63,835 nucleotides of DNA, filler included, from Lenisia limosa (GCA_001655205.1; 11 parts of 11 records of this genome joined end to end with filler, not necessarily neighbours in it); one strand, 5' to 3'; positions 42,701-55,830 are shown, numbered from the whole stretch's first letter. Notes: generated by a model from the sequence alone, not told the origin. Numbers and translations: made by a program.

Positions 42701-43835
42701 TTTCATATTCTCGAATCCGTACTAACCTTTCCATAGATCGATTCAAAATGGTTCCCGGTGTGAGTTAACGCTATTATTAAATCATTGATATCTCGGGTGT
42801 ATTTTATTTCCATTTAGGATTTCCATCAAGCTGCATACACGAATTGTTGCGGTTGAGGCTTTTTTTGGTAAGGCGGAATGACATACATTCTACTTAACAA
42901 AACGATCTCTACTTCACGACTTACTTCTGGAAGACTGAAATATCATTGATGATTGAGAGACATTCTATAACAAAAGCATTTCCAGTGATGTCTCTACTGA
43001 AATGATTTCCTGTCTTTTTAATGTTGGAGATTAATCGACGGAAAAATGCTAATATGCGGATTGACACGCTCACGTATTTAATATGACTGATATTAGGGTA
43101 GCAAGAAGTGTCATTGGCTCCCGATATCAGCCCTTTGGAGACCCAGGTACGAGAAAGTAAATTAACCCATTTTTATCAAACCCTGACTTTGTAGCACCAG
43201 CAAAAACAGGCATGATTCCTGGGGTGTACAGCGATTCTAACAATGCAATTAATCTCAGTTTCTGATCCAAGTTTCTTTTGTTATGATGATACATGTGAAT
43301 AACATGTCCAATGAAGCTCTGGAATTATTGAACATCAATTCATAATACTATAAAACCCAGTAATAATACACAATGCTGATACCAGCCAGTGCAACCTTCT
43401 TCCAATAACAGAACCTGGAACATGAACAAGGTAATGCAGACAAGTCCAACCTTTGTAGAGAACTCCAATGGGCCCTTATTATTTGCCTTCATAGCCTTAT
43501 GTAATTTGATGAAAGTTATGAGTAATTTTAGCAAGAGAGATTGGCATAGTTGCAGAAGGCGAATACAATGAGTGTTTGTTGTACTCGTCATAATACCCTA
43601 ATGTGGAAGGCAGCGTGTATAATTGTGGATGTATAAGCTGTACGGTAAGGGGATATGAACTGCAATGCTCCAATAAAATCCAAGCACTCACAAGAAATTC
43701 ACATCAAATATCGATATACAATGTATAAATGATATTCTACATATATATATTATACATATAATCTATTGTCTTTATATCTTATCATATGGTATAGATCGTA
43801 CATGTACATTAAATACGTGAGTAACACTTCCTTAG

Positions 43836-44439
43836 CCCGATGAAGGAGAGTTCCGTCTTTTTCGGTCTTCAGGAGGTTGCTATGACTCTCACACCCAAAA
43901 CTTCACCGCTGAGATGGTCCCGCAGATGATCCGCAAGAACATTGTCCTTCGGGAGATTAAATATCGTGTAAGCTCTTCAGCAGATTTTTTACTTGATGCA
44001 CTTTTTTTACCATATTATAGCCTTACCTTCCCGCTTTATATTCAACAGGGTCTTCTCAAGGATGGACGGCACAGAAATCGTGCTTCCACTTTCACCTCGT
44101 CGAACTCACATCTCCCTCACGGTTCCCGAGATCGAAGCCTGTGTCGCTCAAGGCACCAAGCGGGCTTGGACGTCGATCAGCTCTTTCCTCACCGACATGA
44201 CTCCTTCGGAGTTGAACACAATTGCATACCGTCACAGTTTGGGTAAGGTGTTCGTTGAGGAGGATGAGGAGGATGACGAGACGCTCGTTCAAGACGGCGC
44301 AGCTGAGGCTGTTTCCACCGAGCAGATGATTTCGACTTTTGAGGAAGGTAAGCTTTTTAAGCAAGATACCATGGACACCCCTACCGGCCGCCGTCCAATT
44401 CGCCACGTCATTAAGGAGATCTGGTCAGCACCCAAGAAG
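43836..44439 (+). CDS. Internal exons of a hypothetical protein
   Basis: PDEGEFRLFRSSGGCYDSHTQNFTAEMVPQMIRKNIVLREIKYR|VFSRMDGTEIVLPLSPRRTHISLTVPEIEACV...KEIWSAPKK|, with GC-rich third positions and canonical introns. Confidence 0.55.
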
Positions 44440-44524
44440 GTTGGCCAAAAAAAGTATAGATTAATAATACCTCACAAAATTAGTAACATAAAATATGGCA
44501 TGAAAATAGGAACGCAGAGAGCTG

Positions 44525-44640
44525 TGTACATAGATTTGTAAGGCAACTGTTTGGGTGAATAAAATTTTACAAAAATTCAGTATTCCTAATAAACGTAATG
44601 GTGTGGACGGCTTCGGCCAGATACAAACTTGTTTTATTTC
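44525..44640 (+). repeat. Dispersed repeat family B (~115 bp)
   Basis: TTGTAAGGCAA..TTGGGTGAAT...ATGGTGTGGACGGCTTCGGCCAGATACAA. Related copies at 8685-8734, 19875-19975 and 33945-34040 (+), and 22445-22600, 27700-27790, 29685-29725, 30165-30245 and 31290-31380 (-). Confidence 0.75.
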
Positions 44641-45199
44641 TCATATCTGTCTAATATAAAAAAACATAAAAAGTTTGATGACACCATTAGGTTTCGCATC
44701 GCCACCAGAGATACCGCCAAAAGGGAGTAGCGTCTTCTGACATGGCTCCAGCAAGCTTGCCCACGCTTAGCAACGTCTTTAGATCTTCCACAACCCCTCT
44801 CACCAACAGAGGAATGCCAAAGTATCCCGAGCCCCGGCGTCGACTCCATAGACGTTAATATCACCCGACTTCCCAGTTGTGTATTTTATTTTGTGTACTT
44901 TTCTTATTCTGATTTTTCGAAATAGTATTATTGAATTAATGTTTTCTACTCCCAGTAAACTGGGTTATATTTTTTGAGCTTCATTTTAAGTTCTTTAAAG
45001 CCATAAATTATTGATATTTAGAGATGCCATGTCTCCAATGAAAATCAACAAAACAGCTTTCCTGGCTTTTCACAGATCAACTACATCAGCCAGTTTAAGG
45101 GCAGATCAAACAGATCAGGGAAATCAGACATCAGGCCTGGCACCCCACCTCAGCGGCCCCTTGGTCCAGAGTGATTAGAAGATTGGAAGTGAAAGAAAA

Positions 45200-46792
45200 A
45201 TGGGTATGGATCCATCAAAGTCATACAGAACACTAGTCGGAATTAATGGTCCACTAATTGTTCTGGATAATGTAACAGTTTTCAATCTATTTAACAAGTT
45301 TCCTAAGTTCGCTGAGATTGTAAATATTCAGCAACATGATGGGACAATTAGAAAAGGTCAAGTTTTGGAAGTACAGGGAAGAAAGGCAATTGTTCAGGTA
45401 TTTGAAGGTACTGCTGGGCTGGATTCCAAATCATCCGTTGTAAAATTTTCTGGGTCTACTTTTAAGTTTGGAGTTGGTGAAGATTGTCTTGGCAGAATGG
45501 TTCTTTTTTATTTCTCATAGTTTAATGGTAGTGGGGCTGTAATTGACAGGGGACCTTCTATTATTCCTGATGATATCTGTGATATCCAAGGAATACCTAT
45601 AAACCCTGTTCAAAGAGTATATCCACAATCCATGATTGAAACTGGAATCTCTTCTATTGACTTAATGACTTCAGTTGCACGTGGGCAGAAAATTCCTATA
45701 TTTTCAGGTTCTGGTTTGCCCCACAATGAAATTGCTGCACAAATTTGCAGACAAGCCTCTCTTGTTAAAAATTCATTGTCAAAATCTGTTCGTGATGATC
45801 ATGAGGACAACTTTGCTATTGTATTTGGAGCTATGGGGGTTAACATGGAAACAGCCAGGTTCTTTAGAGATGTATGTTTCTCTCTCTCATCCAGAATTTT
45901 GAACAGTCAGGTTCTTTGAGTAGAACAAGTTTCTTTTTGAACCTTGCTAATGACCCTACAATTGAGCGAGTTATTACTCCAAGGTTGGCTCTTACTACAG
46001 CCGAGTTTCTTTCGTTTGAAGTTTTCTTTTATATTAACCTTGCTTGAAATGCATGTATTGACGATCCTTACAGATATGACAGCATATGCTGATGCAGTCA
46101 GAGAGGTATCAGCAGCCAGAGAAGAAGTGCCAGGTAGACGAGGATACCCAGGTTATCTCTATACGGATTTAGCAACAATATATGAAAGAGCCGGGCGAAT
46201 ACTCAATAGAAATGGTTCTCTCACACAAATTCCCATTTTATCAATGCCAAATGATGATATTACACACCCCATCCCTGATCTAACAGGTTACATTACAGGT
46301 TTTTATTATTATTCATTGGAGGGCCAGATTTTTGTGGATAGAGCTTTGAATAATAGAGGAATTTACCCTCCTATTAATGTTTTGCCATCCCTCTCAAGGT
46401 TAATGAAATCTGCTATTGGTGAAGGTTTTACACGTAATGATCACCCTGATGTTTCAAATCAACTAGTTTTCTTAGTTTACATTATCAGTATGCAAATTAT
46501 GCAATCAGTCAAGATATTTTATCAATGAAATCTGTGGTTGGAGAAGAGTCGCTATCCCAAGGTTAAGAGTTCTTTTTTTTAATCATTTGTTTAGAAGATC
46601 ATCTTTATTTAGAGTTTTTAAAGCTTTTCGAAGAAAGTATTTTACAACAAGGTTTTAATCATTCCCATCATAGAAAAAACCCAAAGTCGCTGTATTGAAG
46701 AGTCTCTCAATATTTCTTGGGAAATTTTAAGGCTGTTTCCTAAGCAAGTTCTCAAAAGGATACCGCATTTAGTTCTCCAAGACTATTATTAA
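45200..46792 (+). CDS. ATP6V1B: V-type H+-ATPase subunit B with 8 tiny introns (21, 21, 23, 22, 21, 23, 33, 22 nt), two with non-AG acceptors
   Basis: Conserved motifs [91 protein letters not shown] and [18 protein letters not shown]. Introns: 45278-45298, 45500-45520, 45872-45894, 46021-46042 (GT-TG), 46299-46319 (GT-GG), 46466-46488, 46562-46594, 46652-46673. Confidence 0.97.
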
Positions 46793-49064
46793 TTCATTTC
46801 ACACTTTAGAAATACATGTTAAGGCATATGCATATAGTTTACAGTCAAACGGATATATTTTGGAATAAAGTTTTCTCTTTGTTTCAGAAGCTGTTTATAA
46901 CGTTGCCAATTTTTTAAACGGCATTTTGAAGCTCATATTTGAGAATTTTGTAATAAAATGGGTCTAGGAGGAAATATGGGGACCTCTTTTCAAATTCGAT
47001 CAAAGTTATACAGTTGTTTAAGTTGTAATTTAAGTGGGTCTAAAGGATCTGAAACTGGAGAAGGTTTATCACAGCGATGACGTCAGTGATGGAGTTCATT
47101 CATTCCACCTCCGAGTCGTCTTTTTTTTTTTTTTTTTTTTTTTNNNNNNNNNNNNNNNNNNNNNNNNNNNNNNNNNNNNNNNNNNNNNNNNNNNNNNNNN
47201 NNNNNNNNNGCTGGCGGTGCTGTTAGCTACAGTGACATCCTCAGCCATGCTGTGCACATTAGCGGCCTTGTGGGGCAAGGAGCTCACCTTAAGTCGTATC
47301 ATTAGGGGAAGCTATTTTATACAATTTTATGCTCCTTTCCTAAAACATGTGCATCATAGGTTTGATATGTAGTTATTCACCATCAATGAAACAAATTTTC
47401 CGTACTTGGAAGGAATGGTTGGAGTTGAAAAGCAAGAATGCAGTGGCTGTAGTCAAGTTGTAGGCGCTTTTGAAGCGAGGCACTCATCGGGAAAAGGGAA
47501 GACTGCAGAGATTTCGTTGATGAAGTTACAAGTAATTTATTAGTATGCTGAAAAAAGCCGTAAAAGAACGAGAACGTCCGGACTTTTTCTTGTTTTTTCA
47601 GTCTGGCCTTTGTCTTTTTTTATCTTCTTTTTTCCCCCTTCTTTTATTTTCATCTAAGAAATGGCTTAATTTGACAGAACCATCATGATTACACCACGTC
47701 AATTCATTTGTGTTGGCAATTTTTCCTTGATTATCAATATGTGTCACGCTCTAAATCTCCAAACCTGGCGAGTGTTTTATAAGGGAACCGTTATTTTTGG
47801 AACTCTATTCTAATCTGAGTTGAAGTCGGTTACTTTATTGTATAAGAACTTGAGGAAGTTCAATTAAGTCAAGGAAGATCGAAAGGAAGGAGACTGTATT
47901 TTAGGGAAGAAACTGTGATGGCTGTAAGCGTGACATAGCGATGGTTTCTACAGTCAACTCAAGGACTCACCCAACCGACTACTTACTTCACCTCCAGCAT
48001 GAATCTGGGTTTGTTTTTTTGTTTTCTATTTTGCATATATTTTGAGTAATAGGTGAAGGTACATAATTGTGTCCAGTCACATTATTGTGTCCACTTTTTC
48101 ATTCTTTGAATTTTTTGCTTTAAAAACCCTTCGGATAATTGTAGATAAATGTAGTGATGTAATAATTTTTTTGGGGTAAGGCCTGCTTCCACGATGTCAT
48201 TATTTGACTCCTAAATTGTGATATTAAAGAAAAATAATTAATGTTGCATATTTACTCTTGCCTCAACACACTCTTTTTCTTGACTCGTAACGTTGTGAGC
48301 TTTTGGGCTTCTAAATGTTGTTAGAGAAGAAGAAAGAATAGTGATTCTATGGAACAGTTCTCCCCACTTTTCGATCTGCAATTTCCTTCTTTTTCTCTTG
48401 CAACAAGACGTCAGCCCAGTGTTTTTAGGTCTTCGGAGCGATTGATTTGCGAGCTGTGGGAGATGGCTCAAAAGCGAAGTTTGGGTCAGTGCCAATTAAA
48501 GGATTCCCTTCCCAAGNNNNNNNNNNNNNNNNNNNNNNNNNNNNNNNNNNNNNNNNNNNNTTAATTAATTAANNNNNNNNNNNNNNNNNNNNNNNNNNNN
48601 NNNNNNNNNNNNNNNNTCGCCACAAACCGTCCAGTTCACGCACTAGTACGGTAAGGGAAGAATGGATGGACGTTTCGGCGTCGTCAAGAGAGTGAAGGGC
48701 AACGGCACTGGAACTGAGGAGACGGTCGAGAAGGCCTCCTGTCACGGTCTTGGGGAGGCCTTGGGGGGGGGGGGTCAAGGCAAAGACGGAGGGGGAGTTC
48801 TCCTCTTCATTGTTAAAACTGAGTAACCATGCCATCCACAACGCCTTTACCCCGCCATATATTCTAATTACCCCGCCATCTAATTGTGTCATTGGAAAAG
48901 TCCCACGTTAGTGCTAATCAGTTTCTCATGCTATCTTTAGGAAGGAAGCGACAACAGCACCCAACTCACAGCAGGCAGCCAGCATGATCATCAGAGACAG
49001 CAGCTCTTGGATGCGGTGCGATTTGGGGCATTTCGGGCAATCGGGACGACTATAGATGAGGGAT

Positions 49065-49170
49065 GAAAAAATAAACCCAAATCAATCTATTGGCTGACAA
49101 CACACGAGAGTTGACAAAACAAACAAAGACCAGGCCAGTTGCTTCTGCAGCACCGCATCCCATCACTCCA
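49065..49170 (+). repeat. Dispersed repeat family C (~100 bp)
   Basis: CCAAATCAA.CT.TTGGCTGACAACACACGAG.GTTGA...AAACAAA...AGGCCAGT.GCTTCTGC. Related copies at 22940-23035, 24345-24450, 27905-28000, 36850-36900 and 20790-20850 (-). Confidence 0.7.
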
Positions 49171-50173
49171 GCGTATGCGGGGGGGGGGGGGGNNNNNNNN
49201 NNNNNNNNNNNNNNNNNNNNNNNNNNNNNNNNNNNNNNNNNNNNNNNNNNNNNNNNNNNNNNNNNNNNNNNNNNNNNNTTCCCGAAATGAATAATCTGAA
49301 ACTGCAAAAATAAAAAAAAAGCAAAAACACCATTATCATATAGTAATATACATGTAGTTATGATCATAAACAACAACCTACGTGATAGAGACAGCCAGGA
49401 TGAACGCAGTTGCAGCGAACCCTTCAGAACCTAAATCGAGCCACTGAAGGGTGACTTTGAGGACAAAGGGAGGGAGGGTGACTATGTCAGCATCATATCA
49501 AACCTGTTGAGGGATCTTGGAACGAGTGACAAGGTCGGTTTTCATGGCAAGGGGAGTTGAAAGCTGCGAAACTGAATACGTCAAAATATCTTCTCTTAAA
49601 GTTATCCCCTACTCAAGTTGTCTCCCGCCAGAATGTGATTCAAACTAAGTGCAACACCAATCTAGAGAGTAAAGAAATGTCAATTTCTCAGCGCTAATAA
49701 ACACAGTTCACAATAAAGCAGCATTGCCGTCCCAGCCCACAGCAGCTTTCATGTGCTTTTCAGTGACTTTCTGGGGCACTGCTGCAGCCGAAACAATGCC
49801 AGTTTTGAGGGGGACGAAGAAAGTGTTGATTTCGGGAATGAGGAACAGCTTCTGTTTGTCTTCTGAAAATGGTTACTGAGACACGGGTTCTGGATGTAGG
49901 CAGTTATTTTACGGGTATCTATTTGAAATCATTTCTGCAAGAATCTGAATAAACAATGAATCCTTCAACAATATTAATATTTTACCTCTATATGATGATT
50001 GCTATTCCGGCTATCTCCTTCCTCTATGTTAGGTAAATAATATATTTGAGATGCTCAAGATGTAGGGAAAGGCCGAAGCATATACAGCGACTCTAAGAGA
50101 TTTCCCCCATATTGTACACAAATTACTCAAGGAATGAAATACAATCTACTTACTCAGAGATAACAACATAACA

Positions 50174-50958
50174 TCAGCCCCACCATATTCGGGGAGGCAC
50201 ACAAGACACATCAGCCCCACCGTATTCGGGATGACACGCAAGAAACGCCGCGTTATACAGGTGATCAGCCGCCTCAAACACCTCCGAAGCCTTTGCTGCC
50301 ATCTTTGGCTTTTCGCCAATCCTGATCCGTGAGGGCAAGAGGATCATTCTTGAGAAAATGAAAAAGGAGAAACGTGTCATGTAGTACTACAACATCACAT
50401 AGTATATAAACTGGATCCATTGAAACTGTGACGTTAATATTTACTTTCTAAGGAGATAATCTGAGACAACAAATCTGCAAAAGCAGAAATTAAAAATTAT
50501 TTTGGATTGTATATCTTACAGTTGATAAAAGAAGGCTTTGTACTGTATTGTTTAAAAATAAAGATTCTGTGTATTATTTTTTAAAAAACATCTGAAATCT
50601 CCCCACCATCCCTTGCCGTTAACAACCGAAGAAGTTGCGGCAATGAAGTGCTCTTCAGGCTTATTTGACATTTTACCAAGGAAAGCAGCCAAGGCTCCAG
50701 GGAACATACTGGAATCGAAATTGGCTTGTGCCTTAAGAGTAAGAAATCTGGAGGAAGAGAACCGTGGTTGACAATAATACCTTCCAAGCCTGTTTAAAGA
50801 TCATGTTGCTATCACAATTATATTTTGGTTGAGAGAAGGCAGGAAGTGGGTCCCACCTGCTTCATTGCGTTGATCTCTTTCACCAGACGCTCAACTTCCT
50901 CTGGCTGCTCCTCCATAAGACGTTTAACATCTTCCTCATTTAATGATGGTTGTCCCAT
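50174..50958 (-). CDS. Hypothetical spliced gene divergent from FDXR
   Basis: MGQPSLNEEDVKRLMEEQPEEVERLVKEINAMKQ| ... FLTLKAQANFDSSMFPGALAAFLGKMSNKPEEHFIAATSSVVNGKG ... KMAAKASEVFEAADHLYNAAFLACHPEY. No family recognised. Confidence 0.4.
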
Positions 50959-51149
50959 AGTGATACGCCTTTTTGTTCAGCCTTGGTTCAGCCCCTGAAA
51001 AATAAATGTGATATATAATGGTTTTTATTGGGGTTACGTACTCTCAAATATTTGCTTATTCACCAGTTTTTCTCGTTATTCTCTCTTTTTGCCGGTGACT
51101 TGCTGATAGTATTGCTTTATAGCTTTATAAGCATTATTTTGAGACAAAA

Positions 51150-51460
51150 ATGCTTGGAGCACTTTCACGAATTTCAGTGAGGTCGTTTTCCTCTGTTCCG
51201 CCTTCTCTCCGCGTTGCAATTGTCGGCACAGGGCCTGCAGGATTCTACACTGCCGATGGACTCCTGAAGAAGCTAGACAATGTCCATATTGATTTTATTG
51301 AGAAGCTCCCCACCCCCTACGGTCTTGTTCGGTGCGTGTGGATCCATGTTTAACATATTATAACTGGATCATAGGAAATTTGAGTTGAAATTGACATTGT
51401 AGCTCGGGAGTTGCTCCTGATCATGAGGATATGAAAATCGTCATCAACACTTTCTCAAAG
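51150..51460 (+). CDS. FDXR: NADPH:adrenodoxin oxidoreductase (mitochondrial ferredoxin reductase), first two exons only
   Basis: Presequence-like [15 protein letters not shown], then [15 protein letters not shown] (FAD-binding GxGxxG), [12 protein letters not shown]|SGVAPDH. Confidence 0.88.
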
Positions 51461-54400
51461 GTAAGCAAGATTAAGTCTTCTCCTTTGCAGTTGTTGAATT
51501 ATGCATTGATATCACGCATTGGTGTTTGATTGTTCAACTTCTCGGAGAGTTACTACTTCGTCTTTTTGAACTTCCATTTATTTCGAATTATTCCTTTTGC
51601 TCTATCCTCAAAAAATTTAAGACTGCAATTTACGACTGAGGTAACAATTTACAACCCAAATAAAAGCATGACGATTCACGAGCAAGACAATTTCATGGCT
51701 TATCAAAAGTACAGGCACAAGAAGAAGGAATAGTGCGATTACGTTATTGGGTCTGTATGACTGGAAATATTCAAGACGCCTGCTTCAACACACCTCAATA
51801 AAGCGAAGGACCTTGGGGCCGGTAAGCTCATCCCGAGTAAACATTAGTCTTGAGATTGTAGCCTTTAAAAAATGAATCGAAACCCACAAAAGTACAAATC
51901 ATGATTTGAATATAATGCCATACCACTCTTGCTGTCCCCTGGTCCTCAGCAATGCTCAGAAAGTTTTGCAGCGCCTCAATTGCTTTGAGGCAATGCGGGT
52001 TCTTGTTGTACTAAGTGGATTAGGGTTTTTTTTTTGAATTTTGGCTTTTTTTCGATTTTTGAAAAACCCAATTTTAAAAAATCGGTTTTTCAGTGTAATT
52101 GTCAATTAGATAAGTTTTAGTAGCGTTTGCTCTGGTCAACTCGTGACGAGTGTCTGCTTCCTGACATCAAAACAAGTCGTTCGGCTTCTTTTTCCATACC
52201 ATAAAGATGGCCTGCGCTGTGAGTATAGAAGATTGACATACAATAAGGGTCTCAGAAAAATCGGGAACTTCCTTGTGGTACAACATTGAAAACATATATG
52301 ATATTGAAGGTGGGAAAACTGAATAAGCTGAACGGGCTTTTATGTGATTGTCGCCGTTGTCACCATAACCGTTAAAAATGTGCAGTTTCAGTAGGGGGGT
52401 TATTCATTTTATTATGACGATCAAAGGCTTGGGCCAACGTGGATATTAGGGAATGTATATTTTACATGGGGGAGCCTTTGCTGCAGAGGCTAAGTCCTCC
52501 ACAGTGGTGTCAACCCATATCAAGAATTTCCAAGGGAAGAGTCTGGGCTCCTTGCAACAAACAATAATAACCCAAAAAATTTCCTGAGAAAACAATGCTT
52601 CCCTCGTATAGTTTCAAATGATACCAATACGATGAAGCCCGTACACTAAAATACTGCACAATGATCCCACAATGAAAATTGTATTCTTTTTTTTTGTTTC
52701 ATCCATTTTTTGTTGACCATTATCTTGTTCTTTTTTTATCATGCTAACCATTTTGCTGNNNNNNNNNNNNNNNNNNNNNNNNNNNNNNNNNNNNNNNNNN
52801 NNTTAATTAATTAANNNNNNNNNNNNNNNNNNNNNNNNNNNNNNNNNNNNNNNNNNNNTCATCCGCTGAACACCCCAAGAAGAAAGCCAAAAAGGATAAG
52901 GTATGTCCAGATGTGGTTGTATCCAATAATACACAGTATCTACTTTTCCATAATGATATTGTGTAACATGACTGACATCAACCCACGAACTGTACACACA
53001 AACAAAAACAAACACACACAAATCCAACATTACCATCACACCACCAAAACCATACACACAAATACACCCATACACACACTAATCACATCACCATTGGGGG
53101 CATCAACTCTCAGCTTATCATAAACTTCAAAACCACCCATTATTTTAAGTTTATTTGATTATGTTGCATTCTTAGCAGGTAACCTTTAATTGATAAAAAA
53201 AAGGACTAACTTGTTTGAAGAGCAAAGTGTCCATAATTTGTACATTCCAGGTTTTCATTATCTACCCTGTTAAGGATGCAAATACCCCAAAATGGAGCAA
53301 GTTCAGTTTCTAAGGTACTGTGCGCCAAACACCTTCGTTCCGGAAGCCCGCAATTGCTGTATCCAGGTATTTTTATATATTGGTGGATATATCGTTTTGT
53401 TTGACGTATATATTTTTTGTCCTAAATTTGAAGAAGAATGTAATTGTAGACATCTCTCAACAACTGGTCGATATCTCGACAGCACCAACCTTTCTCCACG
53501 AATTGTATCCGCAGCCCTAGCAGGCAAATNNNNNNNNNNNNNNNNNNNNNNNNNNNNNNNNNNNNNNNNNNNNNNNNNNNNNNNNNNNNNNNNNNNNNNN
53601 NNNNNNNNNATAAAATTACGTTCTTGTATCATGATGTGATAGGTAAGAGGATATGATATTATATTTGCTTCCGCAGCCTTCCTTTGGTTTGTTTATTGTC
53701 ATACTTCAGGTCCACATTTACGTCAAGGGCAAGCCGCTGTTCTTTTCGCTGAGATACCGTACCGTCTTCTTTCTTCATTTCGTTTTGATCGACCCCAAAA
53801 TCCGTGAAGCCTTTGAGAGGGCACATGTCATTCAACTGGCGTCCGTACAACACCAGATAAGAAAGCCAAAACCAAAAAGAGGTATGTCCATTTGTGGTGT
53901 CACTATGCTCTCACCATCATCCCATGGGATAACATGACATATGATTATATTTTTAATGTTATCATCACATTGTGGTAACTGCTTCTTTTTACCCCTTTTT
54001 TTCAACTTGCACTCATCATTGCTCATCAATACAACTGTCCGATTTGAGCTCTGACGCAATACCTAAAAGAGGCAGTCATTCATTGACGATTTGGTTAAAC
54101 CTCTCGGCTCCAAATGAGACCCGTCGACAACTGTATTCGCAATTGAGTAGCGCCCAAGCTGTGACTCAGCACGTCAGCTGCACCAAGGCTACGGTGAAGT
54201 GCCGCTATGCTGGTGGTCCATAGACTGGATTTATTAGTAGTTAGATGTGTTTATTTTATGGCTTTTTATGTATATCTCGTTTGTCCGTTGAGTTAGAAAT
54301 GAACCAATGTTCCTTGTCATATAAAATTTATGATAGATTCGCTTTTTTTCTCTTCAGTTGTGAGGTGAAGTGCCATGCACACACTTCTTGAAGTCGCCTG

Positions 54401-55754
54401 GTTTACAATAAAAATAGAACCAGAAACAACATTCAATAACATGAATGATTCAAAACAACACCAAAACACAATAATAACGCATCAACACAATCATAACACA
54501 TCAGAAACTATGCAGAATAACATCCTTGGTTTAATGGGGCAGAGATCCATTCGCTTCAGGTACGCGAGCCCTGTTCCATCGCACGGTCTGGATTAGAGTT
54601 CTCAGTCGGTACTGGGTGGCGCAAGGGTTCAAGAGGCGATGCCTCAAACAAAACAGAGATCAATTTAAAGATTACATTACCTACAAAATGTATTTTCCGA
54701 TGTGGCCAGGTGCAGCATCCTGTTCATGCCCTCCAGGTTCGAAATATAGTGGGGTGTATCAACTAAGATGGTGAATGAAACTCTTATCGTGGGAGAATCA
54801 AAACTACAAGTGGGACCCCTATTAAAACTGGATCCAGTGGAACAACCAAAAAATGACAACCAAAAAAAGGGGGGGGGGACTCTGGTTGTGTAGAAATGAG
54901 AACTGCTTCACTTTGATAATCACGCTTTCATATTCAGAACAACGGCAGTCTTTCCTTGGCAACCGTCATCATGAACTTGAAACCTCTAATTCAGTTGGCT
55001 TATATTTTGTGAAAATTGAAGGTCAATACGTTCTTTGATGAAATTGATAAAAAAGGGAATGTGAGTAAAATATAGCAAGAAGCAAGAAAGTGAAGGTTGC
55101 CACACTTCTTGCATGCGGCTGTTTCAATTGGGGTTTAGACTTCAAAACAGAAGTGATGCAAGGTGAGCGTATTTTATATTCCATTACCCACTATAAATAT
55201 TTATTTGTGAAAATCATAAGTTTTGTGGTTCGATTTTATCTCAAACATGTAGAATTGCACCTTTCCCTCAATGATGCGGTATTTGAAGTTGAGAAGAAGG
55301 CAAGTGCAACGAGATCTGCAAGGAAGAAGAGAGAAGAAGTTAAGGAGAGAAGACTTGTAGTTAGAATAATGAAGAGAAAGGCAAGTGTTGAAAGGATGAA
55401 GAAAAGCAAGGGTACTGATACAAGCAAATTATTGAGGAAGAAGAGGTCATTGTGCACGTCATGCCCCTGTTGATAAGTGAATTATGGTATTTTCTCTGGT
55501 GACTATTTATGAATATTGTTTCTGGAATGTATTATACTATGTGATGAGGGTGAAATTCAATCACTAATCAATCCAAAAGAGTAAAGAAAAAAAGTAGATG
55601 TATTAACGAAATCTTACTCAAACCGAGCACGAACAGCATCAATAAGAGGAGCTGGCAGAGGAGATCTTGACAACAGCCCGAGGGCTTCACTCAGGGTGCG
55701 ATAGATCTCCTTGTCAATCCAGTCGTGGTCAGGGTCGACAAGGTCAGTATGAAT

Positions 55755-55830
55755 ACATAAGTTCGTACTTTGATGAGAAAAATAAGTTCGTACTGTGATG
55801 TAAAATAAGTTCATACTCCGATGTAATTCC
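55755..55830. repeat. Degenerate tandem repeat, ~24-bp unit, 3 copies
   Basis: ATAAGTTCGTACT.TGATG.. repeated. The TAAGTTCGTAC word also occurs at ~25228 next to a family E hairpin. Confidence 0.7.

Noticed and set aside
43817-43835. Possible 19-nt GT-AG intron
   Set aside because: The upstream sequence is AT-rich and not exon-like, so this is more likely the end of a longer intron.
45278-45298. Possibility that the in-frame 21-nt insert VFNLFNK is coding rather than an intron
   Set aside because: It has GT-AG ends, the same size and donor as neighbouring introns, and interrupts the conserved LDxVxFP segment. Retention is not strictly excluded without RNA.
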